Positions 17,022-27,160 of a DNA stretch of 64,000 bases are shown here, in pieces. The stretch covers positions 1 through 64,000 of the IMG/VR virus record IMGVR_UViG_3300017917_000784. One strand, written 5' to 3'. The notes beneath the pieces are model-generated. The model was not told the origin of the DNA and did no database searches. It was given only the letters and a program-made list of their open reading frames with translations. This stretch comes from a virus. Numbering within the stretch: position 1 is the first letter of the stretch; each line of letters starts with the position of its first letter. The position numbers and the translations under genes are program-made.

Positions 17022-18296
17022 ATGGACCAACGCACACAGAGACAGCAGGCAATGCAACAAGACTGGGCTATAAACCCACGATGGAATGGAATAAAAAGAC
17101 CATACACAGCAGAGGAAGTCGTTCGCTTACAAGGCTCCAGGACTTATCCTAATCAGTTTGCTGTTGAACAAGCCAACAAACTATGGACGCTGTTAACTAC
17201 AGAACCATATATCAACACATTAGGTGCTTTGACAGGTATGCAGGCACTACAACAAGTCAAAGCAGGATTAAAAGCAATATATCTATCAGGATGGCAAGTA
17301 GCCGCAGATGCTAATCTAGCAGGCGACATGTATCCTGATCAAAGTCTGTATCCAGCAGACTCAGTGCCAGCAGTGGTAAAGAAAATTAACAATGCATTTG
17401 CTCGTGCTGATCAGGTAGCATGGAGTGAAGGCAGTGAAAGAGATTTCTTTGCACCTATCGTAGCAGACGCTGAAGCAGGATTCGGTGGTGTATTAAATGC
17501 CTACGAACTTATGAAAGATATGATTGAAGCAGGCGCTGCCGGTGTTCACTTTGAAGATCAATTAGCATCTGCTAAAAAATGCGGACACATGGGTGGTAAA
17601 GTTCTTGTACCAACTAGAGAAGCAATCAATAAACTTGTGGCTGCTCGTCTTGCTAGTGATGTTATGGGCGTACCTACTTTAGTCATTGCCCGCACTGACG
17701 CCGAAGCCGGTAACCTTATTACTAGTGATATTGACGATAATGATAAGCCGTTTCTCACTGGCGAACGTACTGTTGAAGGTTTCTATTACACTAGAAATGG
17801 CATTGAACAGGCAATCTCACGAGCAGTTGCTTACGCACCATATGCTGATCTTGTATGGTGTGAAACAGGAAAACCAGACCTTGACTTTGCAAAGCAATTT
17901 GCCGAAGCAGTACACAAACATCATCCAGGTAAGATGTTGGCCTACAACTGTTCGCCGAGTTTCAATTGGAAGAAGAATCTAGACGATGCCACAATCGCCA
18001 AGTTCCAACGTGAGCTTGGTGCGATGGGTTACAAGTTCCAATTCATCACCTTAGCAGGTTTCCATAACTTAAACAATGGTATGTTTGAACTTGCTTACGG
18101 TTATGCTCGTAACGGTATGACTGCTTTTGTAGAGTTACAAGAACGAGAGTTTGCTAACGCTGCCATAGGCTTCGAAGCAGTGAAACATCAGCGTGAAGTA
18201 GGAACAGGATATTTTGATCTGATCACTACTACTGTTGAAAAAGATGCAAGTACACAGGCACTAAAAGGTAGTACAGAAGAGGAACAGTTTCATTAA
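17022..18296 (+). CDS. aceA: Isocitrate lyase
   Basis: [16 protein letters not shown], catalytic [28 protein letters not shown]. Confidence 0.97.
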   Translation: MDQRTQRQQAMQQDWAINPRWNGIKRPYTAEEVVRLQGSRTYPNQFAVEQANKLWTLLTTEPYINTLGALTGMQALQQVKAGLKAIYLSGWQVAADANLAGDMYPDQSLYPADSVPAVVKKINNAFARADQVAWSEGSERDFFAPIVADAEAGFGGVLNAYELMKDMIEAGAAGVHFEDQLASAKKCGHMGGKVLVPTREAINKLVAARLASDVMGVPTLVIARTDAEAGNLITSDIDDNDKPFLTGERTVEGFYYTRNGIEQAISRAVAYAPYADLVWCETGKPDLDFAKQFAEAVHKHHPGKMLAYNCSPSFNWKKNLDDATIAKFQRELGAMGYKFQFITLAGFHNLNNGMFELAYGYARNGMTAFVELQEREFANAAIGFEAVKHQREVGTGYFDLITTTVEKDASTQALKGSTEEEQFH

Positions 18297-18478
18297 TGCG
18301 TAAGTTTGCCTGGTTACCTACACGTATGTCAAGCGGAAGGGTAACCTGGCTTTCTTGGTATTATGAATATAAAACATTATACGATGAATCCACTGGTAGA
18401 CCTCCGTTGAATAATTTGTATTTTATTTTTAAAGAAACACCAAAAGAAAAAACTTTTAGATTGTTAAAGGAAAAATAA
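18296..18478 (+). CDS. Hypothetical protein
   Basis: TAATG coupling; RKFAWLP...WL small phage protein pattern. Confidence 0.6.
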   Translation: MRKFAWLPTRMSSGRVTWLSWYYEYKTLYDESTGRPPLNNLYFIFKETPKEKTFRLLKEK

Positions 18479-18486
18479 GGATTATT

Positions 18487-19134
18487 ATGTTAGAAACTAT
18501 ATGTGATATTTTAGTAGAAGCATACAAGCGTAACTGGATTACCAGTCGTGACGGCAACGTTTCTATCCGTCATCACGATAGAGATTATTTTTATGTAACA
18601 CCTAGCGGTGTGCGTAAGCAGACATTACAGCCTGATCAATTTAAAAAAATAAAAATTAATAAAGGATTTTTTGATCAACCACCGAGACTACATTATAGTT
18701 GGGAAGAAATGCCTTATAGTGATATTTCCATTGGATTAAAACCTACTGGAGAAATGCCATTGCATTTTGGTCTACAAAAAGAAATAGGCGATGATGAAGT
18801 ACGTGTTGTTACACACATTCATCCTACTTATATTGTAGCAGCCATGCATGCTGGCATAGAATTAAATGAGTTAGTAAAAGATTTTCCAGAATTAAGTCGT
18901 TACACTCGTGTAGCACCAAACGTAGGCGATGTACCTCCTATCAGTCAAGAACTAGGAGATCAATGTCACGAAAAACTAGGACTAGATCATAAAACTGGTA
19001 AATTGCAGTACGACATAGTCGGAATTAAAGGTCACGGGGTCGTGGCCATCGATACTAGCCCTTGGCGCAGTTTCGAACATATTGAGAGACTAGAACATAT
19101 TTGTAAAATAGTTCTGTCCTCAGGGAACTATTAA
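18487..19134 (+). CDS. Class II aldolase/adducin family protein
   Basis: DGNVS, TPSG, PTGEMPLH, HIH, GHG metal-binding pattern. Confidence 0.88.
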   Translation: MLETICDILVEAYKRNWITSRDGNVSIRHHDRDYFYVTPSGVRKQTLQPDQFKKIKINKGFFDQPPRLHYSWEEMPYSDISIGLKPTGEMPLHFGLQKEIGDDEVRVVTHIHPTYIVAAMHAGIELNELVKDFPELSRYTRVAPNVGDVPPISQELGDQCHEKLGLDHKTGKLQYDIVGIKGHGVVAIDTSPWRSFEHIERLEHICKIVLSSGNY

Positions 19135-19847
19135 TGTTAACAATTATATACACCTTGGTGATGGTTCAAATCACTATTGCCTGCGTTACACTTTATCTAC
19201 ATCGTAGTCAGGCACATAGAGCAGTACAATTTCATCCTGCGGTAGCACATTTTATGAGATTTTGGTTATGGATGACCACAGGCATGAATACTCGCGAATG
19301 GGTAGCAATACATCGCAAACATCATCAAGCCGCAGACACAGAACAAGACCCACATAGCCCCACACAACATGGCCTTTGGCGTGTACTGTTTTTAGGTTGG
19401 AAATTGTATGTTAATGCCAGCAAAAATAAAATTTTAATAAATGAATTAGGTGCAGGTACACCTAACGATTGGATTGAGCGTAAAGTTTACACTCCCCACC
19501 CCTATGGCGGGATTCTTTTGATGTTAGTCATAGACTTAGTGTTCTTTGGCCCGATAGGAATTATTGTGTGGGGAGTCCAGATGTTATGGATTCCGTTTTG
19601 GGCCGCAGGTGTTATTAATGGTCTAGCACATTGGTGGGGTTATCGTAATTACAGTGTAAAAGATACAAGTCGAAATATTATACCCTGGGCGTTCTGGATT
19701 GGCGGCGAAGAACTACATAATAATCACCACGGTGATGGCGCCAGTGCTAAGTTTAGCAAAAAGCGTTGGGAATTCGACATAGGTTGGATGTACATTAGAA
19801 TATTAAAATTTTTGCGTTTGGCTAAATTAAGAAATCAAATAACTTGA
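19134..19847 (+). CDS. Delta-9-type membrane fatty acid desaturase
   Basis: Three His boxes HRSQAH, HRKHH, HNNHH plus WEFDIG. Confidence 0.92.
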   Translation: MLTIIYTLVMVQITIACVTLYLHRSQAHRAVQFHPAVAHFMRFWLWMTTGMNTREWVAIHRKHHQAADTEQDPHSPTQHGLWRVLFLGWKLYVNASKNKILINELGAGTPNDWIERKVYTPHPYGGILLMLVIDLVFFGPIGIIVWGVQMLWIPFWAAGVINGLAHWWGYRNYSVKDTSRNIIPWAFWIGGEELHNNHHGDGASAKFSKKRWEFDIGWMYIRILKFLRLAKLRNQIT

Positions 19848-19872
19848 TTTATTCGACTGTTTAGCATAAAAT
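19844..19872 (+). promoter_or_regulatory. sigma70-like promoter for the replication operon
   Basis: TTGATT-17 bp-TAAAAT. Confidence 0.6.
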
Positions 19873-19896
19873 ACTAAAGTTATTAAGGAGAAATGT

Positions 19897-20157
19897 ATGG
19901 GCAGTCGTACCTACGGACCAGAAGAAAAAGCAAAACTAGAACGCCTTGTTAACGAGGGCGTTCAAATCAAATACGAAATTGAAAGCCTCTCAGAAGGATT
20001 AAAAGAAACTGTTAAAGCAGTTGCCGAAGAATTAGATATCAAACCAGCACTAATTAATAAAGCAATCTCAATCGCACATAAAGGTAACTGGAACGATGTG
20101 TTCAGCGACTTCGACGATTTGGAAACATTGATTGTTACTGTTGGTAAAGACAAGTGA
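19897..20157 (+). CDS. Small dsDNA-binding protein (T4 DsbA/GapR-like)
   Basis: Helical 86 aa protein with LKETVKAVAEELDIKPALINKAI pattern; sits upstream of the DNA polymerase. Confidence 0.5.
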   Translation: MGSRTYGPEEKAKLERLVNEGVQIKYEIESLSEGLKETVKAVAEELDIKPALINKAISIAHKGNWNDVFSDFDDLETLIVTVGKDK

Positions 20158-20447
20158 TTATAAATGTTGCCTCAGGCATCGTACAATGGATCCGAAAAGA
20201 TTATGCAAGTAATCGAGTACGTTTTTGTTTTGAGGTCCTTGCTTGGGCTATGTCTATTGGTTGTGCTATCACTATGGCACTCACCGTTCCAACACCACCT
20301 TTCATGGTTCTTTACCCTGTTTGGATATCAGGCTGTATTATATACGCTTGGTGTTGTTATAACCGTGGTTCCTTTGGCCTGTTGGCTAATTATGTTCTTA
20401 TGGTCACGATCGACAGCATAGCCCTGGCAAGATTGATAATTACTTAA
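20154..20447 (+). CDS. Small membrane protein
   Basis: Three hydrophobic segments; GTGA coupling. Confidence 0.65.
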   Translation: MIINVASGIVQWIRKDYASNRVRFCFEVLAWAMSIGCAITMALTVPTPPFMVLYPVWISGCIIYAWCCYNRGSFGLLANYVLMVTIDSIALARLIIT

Positions 20448-20457
20448 TATAGAGAAA

Positions 20458-20515
20458 GGTATGCGGGCCATAAACCGCATGTTTGGTATTTGTGAGCCGT
20501 AAATCACATAAGGAG
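20458..20515 (+). promoter_or_regulatory. Twin-hairpin 5' leader of DNA polymerase (putative translational operator)
   Basis: atgcgg-gccataaa-ccgcat and tgtga-gccgtaaa-tcaca immediately before AAGGAG. Confidence 0.6.
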
Positions 20516-20519
20516 AAAA

Positions 20520-23192
20520 ATGAGTTACGTTGACGCTCTGTTTGACAGAGAGAATGATATTATTAAAGTCGTCGAAAGAAACGACAAAGGTGAGCGTGTA
20601 TATAAAGAGTTTCCTGTACGCTACACTTTCTACTACCCAGACGCTCGCGGTAAGTTTCAAAGCATTTATGGCGATCCTCTTACAAGAGTAGTATGTAAAA
20701 ACTCTAAAGACTTCCGTAAAGAACTAGCCATTAACAGTGGCAAGGAACTATACGAAAGCGACATTAATCCAATTTTCGTTACACTTAGCGAAAACTATCT
20801 TAATCAAGATGCACCAACACTAAACGTTTGTTTCTTCGACATCGAAGTAGACTTTGACCCAGAGCGTGGTTATGCAGATCCCAGTGATCCGTTTATGCCT
20901 ATCACTGCTATTACTGTTTACTTGAAATGGTTAAATCAGTTAATTACACTGGCATTACCACCTAAAACACTTACATTAGAGCAGGCTAAAGAACTCTGTA
21001 AAGATATTCCTAACACATATCTTTACGACAACGAAGGCGACATGCTGGAAACATTCCTAGAGTTAATTCAAGATGCAGATGTGTTAAGTGGATGGAACAG
21101 CGAGGGCTATGATATTCCTTATACTGTTAACCGTGTGACCCGTGTATTAAGCAAAGAAGACACACGTAGATTCTGCCTATGGGATCAATTTCCTAAAAAG
21201 CGCGAATATGAAAAATATGGGCGTATGCAAGAAACATACGATTTAGTTGGTCGAGTACATCTCGACTCGTTGGAATTGTATCGTAAATATACCTATGAAG
21301 AACGTCATACCTATCGATTAGACGCTATTGGAGAGATGGAAATTGGCGAAAACAAAACAGTATATGAAGGTACTCTAGATCAACTTTACAACAAAGACTT
21401 TCATACTTTTATTGAATATAATAGACAAGACGTGGCCTTGTTAAACAAACTTGATGATAAATTAAAGTTCTTAGATCTCGCCAACAAACTAGCACATGAA
21501 TGTACAGTACTGTTACAGACTACTATGGGCGCCGTAGCCGTTACCGAACAGGCTATTATCAACGAAGCGCATCGTAGAGGTTTCCAAGTTCCTAACCGTC
21601 CCAAGCGTGAAGACGGAGAGGACACTGCGGCTGCCGGTGCTTATGTTGCATACCCTAAAGAAGGTTTGCAAGATTGGATTGGTTCTCTAGATATTAACTC
21701 GTTGTACCCTAGTGCGATTCGTGCATTAAACATGGGTCCAGAAACTATTGTTGGACAACTACGTCCTGTATATACGCAGGCACATATACACGAACAAACT
21801 ACTCTTAAGAAAAAATCATTTGCGGCTGCTTGGGAAGGAATGTTTGGAACTGTGGAATACGAAGCAGTTATGGAAAAACGTAGAGATACTGAAATTACCA
21901 TAGACTGGGAAGATGGCAATAGTACTGTACACAGTGCCGCAGAAGTATATCAATTGATCTTTGATAGTCATCAACCTTGGATGCTGTCTGCAAACGGTAC
22001 TATCTTCACTTACGAAAAAGAAGGTATCATTCCAGGATTGTTAAAACGTTGGTATGCTGAACGTAAAGAAATGCAGGCTAAATTAAAGGAATGTATAGCG
22101 GCGGGGAACAAAATTGAAGAAGAATATTGGGACAAACGTCAGTTGGTTAAGAAGATTAATCTTAACAGTCTTTACGGTGCTATTCTTAATCCTGGTTGTC
22201 GTTTTTTCGATAAACGTATTGGTCAAAGTACAACCCTTACTGGACGTCAGATTGCCAAGCATATGGCTAGTAAGGTAAATGAAATTATTACCGGAGAATA
22301 CAATCACGTAGGTCGTGCTGTTATATACGGCGACACAGACTCCTGTTATTTCAGTGCTTATTCTACATTAAAGAAAGACATTGAAGCAGGTGTTATTCCG
22401 TGGACTAAAGAAAATGTTATTGCACTTTATGATCAAATAGGAGAAGAAGTTAATGGCACGTTTGTTAAATTCATGGAACAACAGTTCCACTGTCCGCCCA
22501 GCAGAGGAGAAGTCATCAAAGCAGGTCGCGAGATTGTTGCTTCCAAAGGACTATTCATCACAAAGAAAAGATACGCAGTGCTCTACTTCGATAAAGAAGG
22601 AAAACGTACCGATATTGATGGTAAGCCAGGCAAAATCAAAGCCATGGGACTCGACCTCAAACGAAGCGACACTCCTGCATTCATCCAAGACTTCTTAAGC
22701 GATGTTCTTGAACGTGTACTAACGGGTGCCACAGAAACTGAAGTATTAGATTTTATCACGGCATTCCGCACAGAATTTAAGAGCAGACCAGGTTGGGAGA
22801 AAGGCAGTCCGAAACGTGCTAACAACATTACCGAGTATGCGGCTAAAGAAGCCAAGGCCGGTAAAGCAAATATGCCAGGTCACGTTCGTGCAAGTATCAA
22901 CTGGAATACATTGCGTAGAATGAACGGAGACAAATATTCTATGCAAATCGTAGACGGAGCCAAAGTTATTGTATGTAAACTTAGAGATAATCCTTTGGGA
23001 TTTACATCTGTAGCATATCCCGTAGACGAACTAAGATTGCCAAAATGGTTTATGGAACTACCTTTTGACGATGCTGAAATGGAAAGTACCATTATAGACA
23101 ATAAGTTAGAGAACCTAATTGGTGTACTTCATTGGGACATTAAATCAACCGAAGAGAAAAATACATTTAATAAATTGTTTGACTTTTCCTAA
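20520..23192 (+). CDS. Family B DNA polymerase (T4 gp43-like)
   Basis: Exo FDIEV, DINSLYPS, KKINLNSLYG, YGDTDS, KKRY; C-terminal LFDF clamp-binding-like peptide. Confidence 0.96.
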   Translation: MSYVDALFDRENDIIKVVERNDKGERVYKEFPVRYTFYYPDARGKFQSIYGDPLTRVVCKNSKDFRKELAINSGKELYESDINPIFVTLSENYLNQDAPTLNVCFFDIEVDFDPERGYADPSDPFMPITAITVYLKWLNQLITLALPPKTLTLEQAKELCKDIPNTYLYDNEGDMLETFLELIQDADVLSGWNSEGYDIPYTVNRVTRVLSKEDTRRFCLWDQFPKKREYEKYGRMQETYDLVGRVHLDSLELYRKYTYEERHTYRLDAIGEMEIGENKTVYEGTLDQLYNKDFHTFIEYNRQDVALLNKLDDKLKFLDLANKLAHECTVLLQTTMGAVAVTEQAIINEAHRRGFQVPNRPKREDGEDTAAAGAYVAYPKEGLQDWIGSLDINSLYPSAIRALNMGPETIVGQLRPVYTQAHIHEQTTLKKKSFAAAWEGMFGTVEYEAVMEKRRDTEITIDWEDGNSTVHSAAEVYQLIFDSHQPWMLSANGTIFTYEKEGIIPGLLKRWYAERKEMQAKLKECIAAGNKIEEEYWDKRQLVKKINLNSLYGAILNPGCRFFDKRIGQSTTLTGRQIAKHMASKVNEIITGEYNHVGRAVIYGDTDSCYFSAYSTLKKDIEAGVIPWTKENVIALYDQIGEEVNGTFVKFMEQQFHCPPSRGEVIKAGREIVASKGLFITKKRYAVLYFDKEGKRTDIDGKPGKIKAMGLDLKRSDTPAFIQDFLSDVLERVLTGATETEVLDFITAFRTEFKSRPGWEKGSPKRANNITEYAAKEAKAGKANMPGHVRASINWNTLRRMNGDKYSMQIVDGAKVIVCKLRDNPLGFTSVAYPVDELRLPKWFMELPFDDAEMESTIIDNKLENLIGVLHWDIKSTEEKNTFNKLFDFS

Positions 23193-23208
23193 AAAACCTA
23201 TATACTAT
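23179..23208 (+). promoter_or_regulatory. sigma70-like promoter
   Basis: TTGACT followed by TATACT (16 bp) or TACTAT (18 bp). Confidence 0.55.
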
Positions 23209-23227
23209 ATCTATCCAAGGAGAAAAA

Positions 23228-23959
23228 ATGAAAGATATTTTACAAGACATCGTAGCACACACTCATAGCCTAGGCTTTTTGCCTTTGGTTAAAATTACAG
23301 GTGCTGACGATTCAACAACAATCGAAAGTATGGCTGAAGATCGTTCAGTTATTGTAACTGCTAATGCTCATAAGCCTGTGGAAGAATTTGTTGGCACATT
23401 TGGTATGCCAAACTTAGATAAACTTAATTTGCATTTAAAGAATCCCGAGTACAAAGAAAATGCTAAGATTGATGTAGTCAAAGCAGAACGTAACGGTGCA
23501 GTTGTTCCAACAGGACTACACTTTGAAAACCAAGCAGGGGACTTTCAGAATGACTATCGTTTTATGAACGCAGACATTATTAATGAAAAGTTAAAGAGTG
23601 TTAAGTTCAAAGGCGCTAGTTGGGAAGTTGAATTCAAACCCAGTGTTGCTAGTATTCAGCGTCTTAAATTACAAGCCGAAGCACACAGCGAAGAAAGTGT
23701 TTTCCAAGTTCGCACAGAAGATGGTAATCTAGTAATTTTCTTTGGTGATGCAGCCAGCCACGCAGGTAGTTTTGTATTCCAGCACGATGTTGGCGGCAAA
23801 CTAAAACACACTTGGAGTTGGCCAGTTAATCAAGTACGTAGTATCCTTAACTTAGACGGTGATGTTACTATGAAGATTGCCGATGCAGGTGCTATGCAGA
23901 TTACTGTTGACAGTGGTATTGCAGAGTATAACTATATTCTGCCAGCACAAAGCAAATAA
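23228..23959 (+). CDS. Probable DNA sliding clamp (gp45/PCNA-like)
   Basis: 243 aa, directly after the polymerase, alternating alpha/beta pattern, ends YNYILPA; position-based inference. Confidence 0.5.
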   Translation: MKDILQDIVAHTHSLGFLPLVKITGADDSTTIESMAEDRSVIVTANAHKPVEEFVGTFGMPNLDKLNLHLKNPEYKENAKIDVVKAERNGAVVPTGLHFENQAGDFQNDYRFMNADIINEKLKSVKFKGASWEVEFKPSVASIQRLKLQAEAHSEESVFQVRTEDGNLVIFFGDAASHAGSFVFQHDVGGKLKHTWSWPVNQVRSILNLDGDVTMKIADAGAMQITVDSGIAEYNYILPAQSK

Positions 23960-23960
23960 T

Positions 23961-24224
23961 ATGACAGTTATATTAAACTATATTAAAACGCATATTCCCC
24001 AGATGGAGATGGCTGGGGTTATTATGCGTATTTTTTGTTTTACACTAGTGTCGTGGTTAGGTCCTGCAAGTCCGTTTATGCTTGTATGGGTTGTTAATAC
24101 CCTAGATGCTATTCTATTAACCTACTGTGCTATTTTAAAGAAAGACAAAGCATATACTTTACTAAATGGCTTTTGGATCTTAGTAGGTATAGTTGGAATT
24201 CTGCGAGCCGGTGGGTGGATCTAA
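23961..24224 (+). CDS. Small membrane protein
   Basis: Hydrophobic, three TM-like segments. Confidence 0.6.
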   Translation: MTVILNYIKTHIPQMEMAGVIMRIFCFTLVSWLGPASPFMLVWVVNTLDAILLTYCAILKKDKAYTLLNGFWILVGIVGILRAGGWI

Positions 24225-24234
24225 GGAAAACTTT

Positions 24235-24732
24235 ATGTCATCGAGAGATACAACACAAGACGATTTAGATTTAGAAACGTTGATCGATTTATTTGATACA
24301 GCATTAACATCTAATAATCCTGCTATGAAAAAAGCCATTAAGAACTTGCTTCTTGTGGCTACTTTAATTGACAGTGAGCTGTCTCCAGAACAACGTGTAC
24401 GTGGACCATTGCGTCAAGCCTTGGAAGATATGCGTGATCTTAGTCGACGTATGGATCGAATTGAAATGGAACAGCGTAATCAAAAGAACCCTTACACATA
24501 TCCTATGCCAGCCACTCCTTATAGTCCGGCGCCAGCCACTCCTTGGCCTAATCCTAACATTACCACGCCTTGGGTTATTCCCCCTGGCACGACTATAAGT
24601 ACATCAACTAGCGGTTCAAGTTACACTATACCTGATGCATACAGTGTTAACTCTAAAGTCACCGTTAGTACAACTGCATTTGATGATCAATTTCGTGCAG
24701 AAGAACTATTAACTAAATTAGAGAGTAAATGA
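24235..24732 (+). CDS. Hypothetical protein with Pro/Ser/Thr-rich tail
   Basis: AAGGA SD; helical N-terminus, low-complexity C-terminus. Confidence 0.7.
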   Translation: MSSRDTTQDDLDLETLIDLFDTALTSNNPAMKKAIKNLLLVATLIDSELSPEQRVRGPLRQALEDMRDLSRRMDRIEMEQRNQKNPYTYPMPATPYSPAPATPWPNPNITTPWVIPPGTTISTSTSGSSYTIPDAYSVNSKVTVSTTAFDDQFRAEELLTKLESK

Positions 24733-26285
24733 ATAAAAATTTAACCGCCACGCAGAAAGACTATGCAATATTTTTGCCAGCAACGTCTGGCTTTTATGCT
24801 ACATTTATAGGGAAACAGCGGTATGGTAACTATGTGGATCCAGCACGTATTCCTAAGTCTTTCCTTAACGGTGTAGAAAGTTTAAACTACCTAAACCCAG
24901 ATAAGGGTGCATTTTATTATAATTGGTGTTTATATTCAGCAGGGCATGCCAATCTTGACTTAAACAAAGTAGATCACGGTGAGGACATGTTCCGTAATCG
25001 AGATCGAAATACTAGTTGGGTATTAGGCGACAGCGGCGGTTTCCAAATTGGTAAAGGTGTATGGGAGGGTGATTGGAAAAATCCTAACTGTCCTAAAGCA
25101 CAAAAGAAACGCGAACAAGTTCTTAAGTGGATGGATGCACTTATGGACTATGGTATGTGTCTTGATATTCCTGCTTGGGTTGCTCGTAGCCCTGCTGGTC
25201 AAAAAGCCACAGGTATTACTACTTACGCAGAAGCAGTTCAAGGAACTTATATTAACAATGATTGGTTTGTAAACAATCGCAACGGTAATTGTAAATTCCT
25301 TAATGTGTTACAAGGCGAAAATCATGCCGATGCAGATGATTGGTATGATCGTATGAAGAAGTATTGTGATACTAAGATTTATGGTGATCGTGCTTTTAAC
25401 GGCTGGGCTATGGGCGGACAAAATATGTGCGACATACACTTAGTATTAAAAAGATTAGTAGCATTACGATTCGACGGATTACTTGAAAAGGGCCAACACG
25501 ATTGGATGCACTTCTTAGGCACAAGTAAACTAGAATGGGCAGTATTACTCACTGACATTCAACGAGCAGTTCGTAAGTACCATAACCCTAATTTTACAAT
25601 CAGTTTTGACTGTGCAAGTCCGTTCTTAGCCACAGCCAACGGTCAAGTCTATGTTCAAACAGAAACTGAGGATAGAACTAAATGGGTCTACAGAATGTTA
25701 CCTAGTATTGATAACAAAAAATATCATCAGGACACTAGACTATTTCGAGATGCAGTAGTACAAGACGGACATTTTAAAAACTTTGACAACAGCCCAATTA
25801 TCGACGGAGTAGAAATCAAAGATGTTTGTATTTACGGTCCAGGCGATTTGAATAAAATTGGCAAAGAAGGTAAAACAAGTTGGGATAGTTTTAGTTACGC
25901 TATATTAATGGGCCATAATGTTTGGATGCATCTAAACAGTGTGCAAGAAGCCAATCGTCAATATGATGCTGGTCGCTGTCCTAGTATGCTGGTTCAGGAA
26001 CGCTTTGATAGATTATTTTTTAAAGACATCGTTGAAGCAATATTTTCAACCAGTGATAGAGCAACTGCTGACAAGGTAGTAGAAGAATACAGTCGTTTTT
26101 GGATGAGTATTATTGGTACAAGAGGTGCAGTAGGTAAGAAAACAGTAAATGCTAGTACCAAATATTTCGAATTGTTTGACGAAGTGGACAATAATAGTGT
26201 ACAATCTACTGAAGAAGGCCATAGCGAAGAGTTTTCTGAAGAAGAAATTCACAAATTAGACAATTTAGAAGAAAGTGTAAAATGA
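24729..26285 (+). CDS. dpdA: TGT-fold transglycosylase, DpdA-like (7-deazaguanine insertion into DNA)
   Basis: LGDSGGFQ, MCLDIP, NVLQG, HFLG, SFDCASP match the TGT/DpdA pattern; folE, queD-like and queE nearby. Confidence 0.72.
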   Translation: MNKNLTATQKDYAIFLPATSGFYATFIGKQRYGNYVDPARIPKSFLNGVESLNYLNPDKGAFYYNWCLYSAGHANLDLNKVDHGEDMFRNRDRNTSWVLGDSGGFQIGKGVWEGDWKNPNCPKAQKKREQVLKWMDALMDYGMCLDIPAWVARSPAGQKATGITTYAEAVQGTYINNDWFVNNRNGNCKFLNVLQGENHADADDWYDRMKKYCDTKIYGDRAFNGWAMGGQNMCDIHLVLKRLVALRFDGLLEKGQHDWMHFLGTSKLEWAVLLTDIQRAVRKYHNPNFTISFDCASPFLATANGQVYVQTETEDRTKWVYRMLPSIDNKKYHQDTRLFRDAVVQDGHFKNFDNSPIIDGVEIKDVCIYGPGDLNKIGKEGKTSWDSFSYAILMGHNVWMHLNSVQEANRQYDAGRCPSMLVQERFDRLFFKDIVEAIFSTSDRATADKVVEEYSRFWMSIIGTRGAVGKKTVNASTKYFELFDEVDNNSVQSTEEGHSEEFSEEEIHKLDNLEESVK

Positions 26286-27160
26286 CAGCATTAGTTGTTG
26301 GATTGGGCATGGGTAATCTCTATGTTCAAGAATTAAAAAAATTAGGACATACTGTTGATACCGTTGACACAGATAAAAACAAAAATCCAACATTTTTATC
26401 CGCAGATCAGGTAACCGGTCATTACGCTATTGCCGTTATTTGTACTCCAAATTTTACACACGAGCCCATTGCAAGAACTATTGCAGATAAATGCGATATA
26501 GTTTTAATTGAAAAGCCAGGAGTCAAAGATAGTAATTCTTGGAAACAATTAACCGAAGATTATCCCAATACTAGATTTATGATGATTAAAAATAATCAGT
26601 ATAGGGATGAAATTTCACTGTTTAAAAAACAAGCTCTAGAAAGTAACAAAGTTTACGTTCGATGGAATAATGCAAATAGGATACCAAGTCCCGGCAGTTG
26701 GTTTACTACTAAATCAAAAGCATTTGGCGGAGTTAGCAGAGATTTAATACCGCACATGCTCAGTTATTATTGTGCGTTAACAGATTATAAGCAAGGTAAT
26801 AAAATTACTGCGACAGCAAAACAAAACTACGAACTTAAAAATATAGATTCCACCGATTACGGTATTATTGATCCTAACGGAATATATGACGTTGATGATT
26901 TTTGTTTGTTTGAATTTAAAAACGAAAACACCACTTGGATATTGACTGCTAATTGGAGAACTAAATTAGATCATGATGATAGTAGTATTGCATTTGTGTC
27001 TAAAAACGAATTGCCTAATAGATATGAGTTAGGGTTATGTCCTGAAGAAGCATATAATAAAATGATGTCAACTGCAATACAAAACCTAAATAATGACGAG
27101 TTTTGGAAAATACAATTGGATCAAGATCTTTGGATACATCAACAGATAGAAAATTTATGA
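26282..27160 (+). CDS. Gfo/Idh/MocA family oxidoreductase
   Basis: VVGLGMG Rossmann motif, ICTPNFTH, IEKPG, GGVSRDLIPH. Confidence 0.85.
   Translation: MTALVVGLGMGNLYVQELKKLGHTVDTVDTDKNKNPTFLSADQVTGHYAIAVICTPNFTHEPIARTIADKCDIVLIEKPGVKDSNSWKQLTEDYPNTRFMMIKNNQYRDEISLFKKQALESNKVYVRWNNANRIPSPGSWFTTKSKAFGGVSRDLIPHMLSYYCALTDYKQGNKITATAKQNYELKNIDSTDYGIIDPNGIYDVDDFCLFEFKNENTTWILTANWRTKLDHDDSSIAFVSKNELPNRYELGLCPEEAYNKMMSTAIQNLNNDEFWKIQLDQDLWIHQQIENL

Noticed and set aside
16961-17152. 63-aa ORF overlapping the aceA start
   Set aside because: TTG start without SD, out of frame with aceA, spans the promoter region.
20520-23192. Intein or intron in the DNA polymerase
   Set aside because: ORF is continuous at 890 aa; the extra segment between motifs A and B has no intein splice residues or homing endonuclease motif.
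24729-26285. Canonical tRNA-guanine transglycosylase (tgt)
   Set aside because: Lacks the C-terminal CxCxxC...H zinc site of bacterial Tgt and is longer and divergent; DpdA-like is preferred, though the substrate is unproven.
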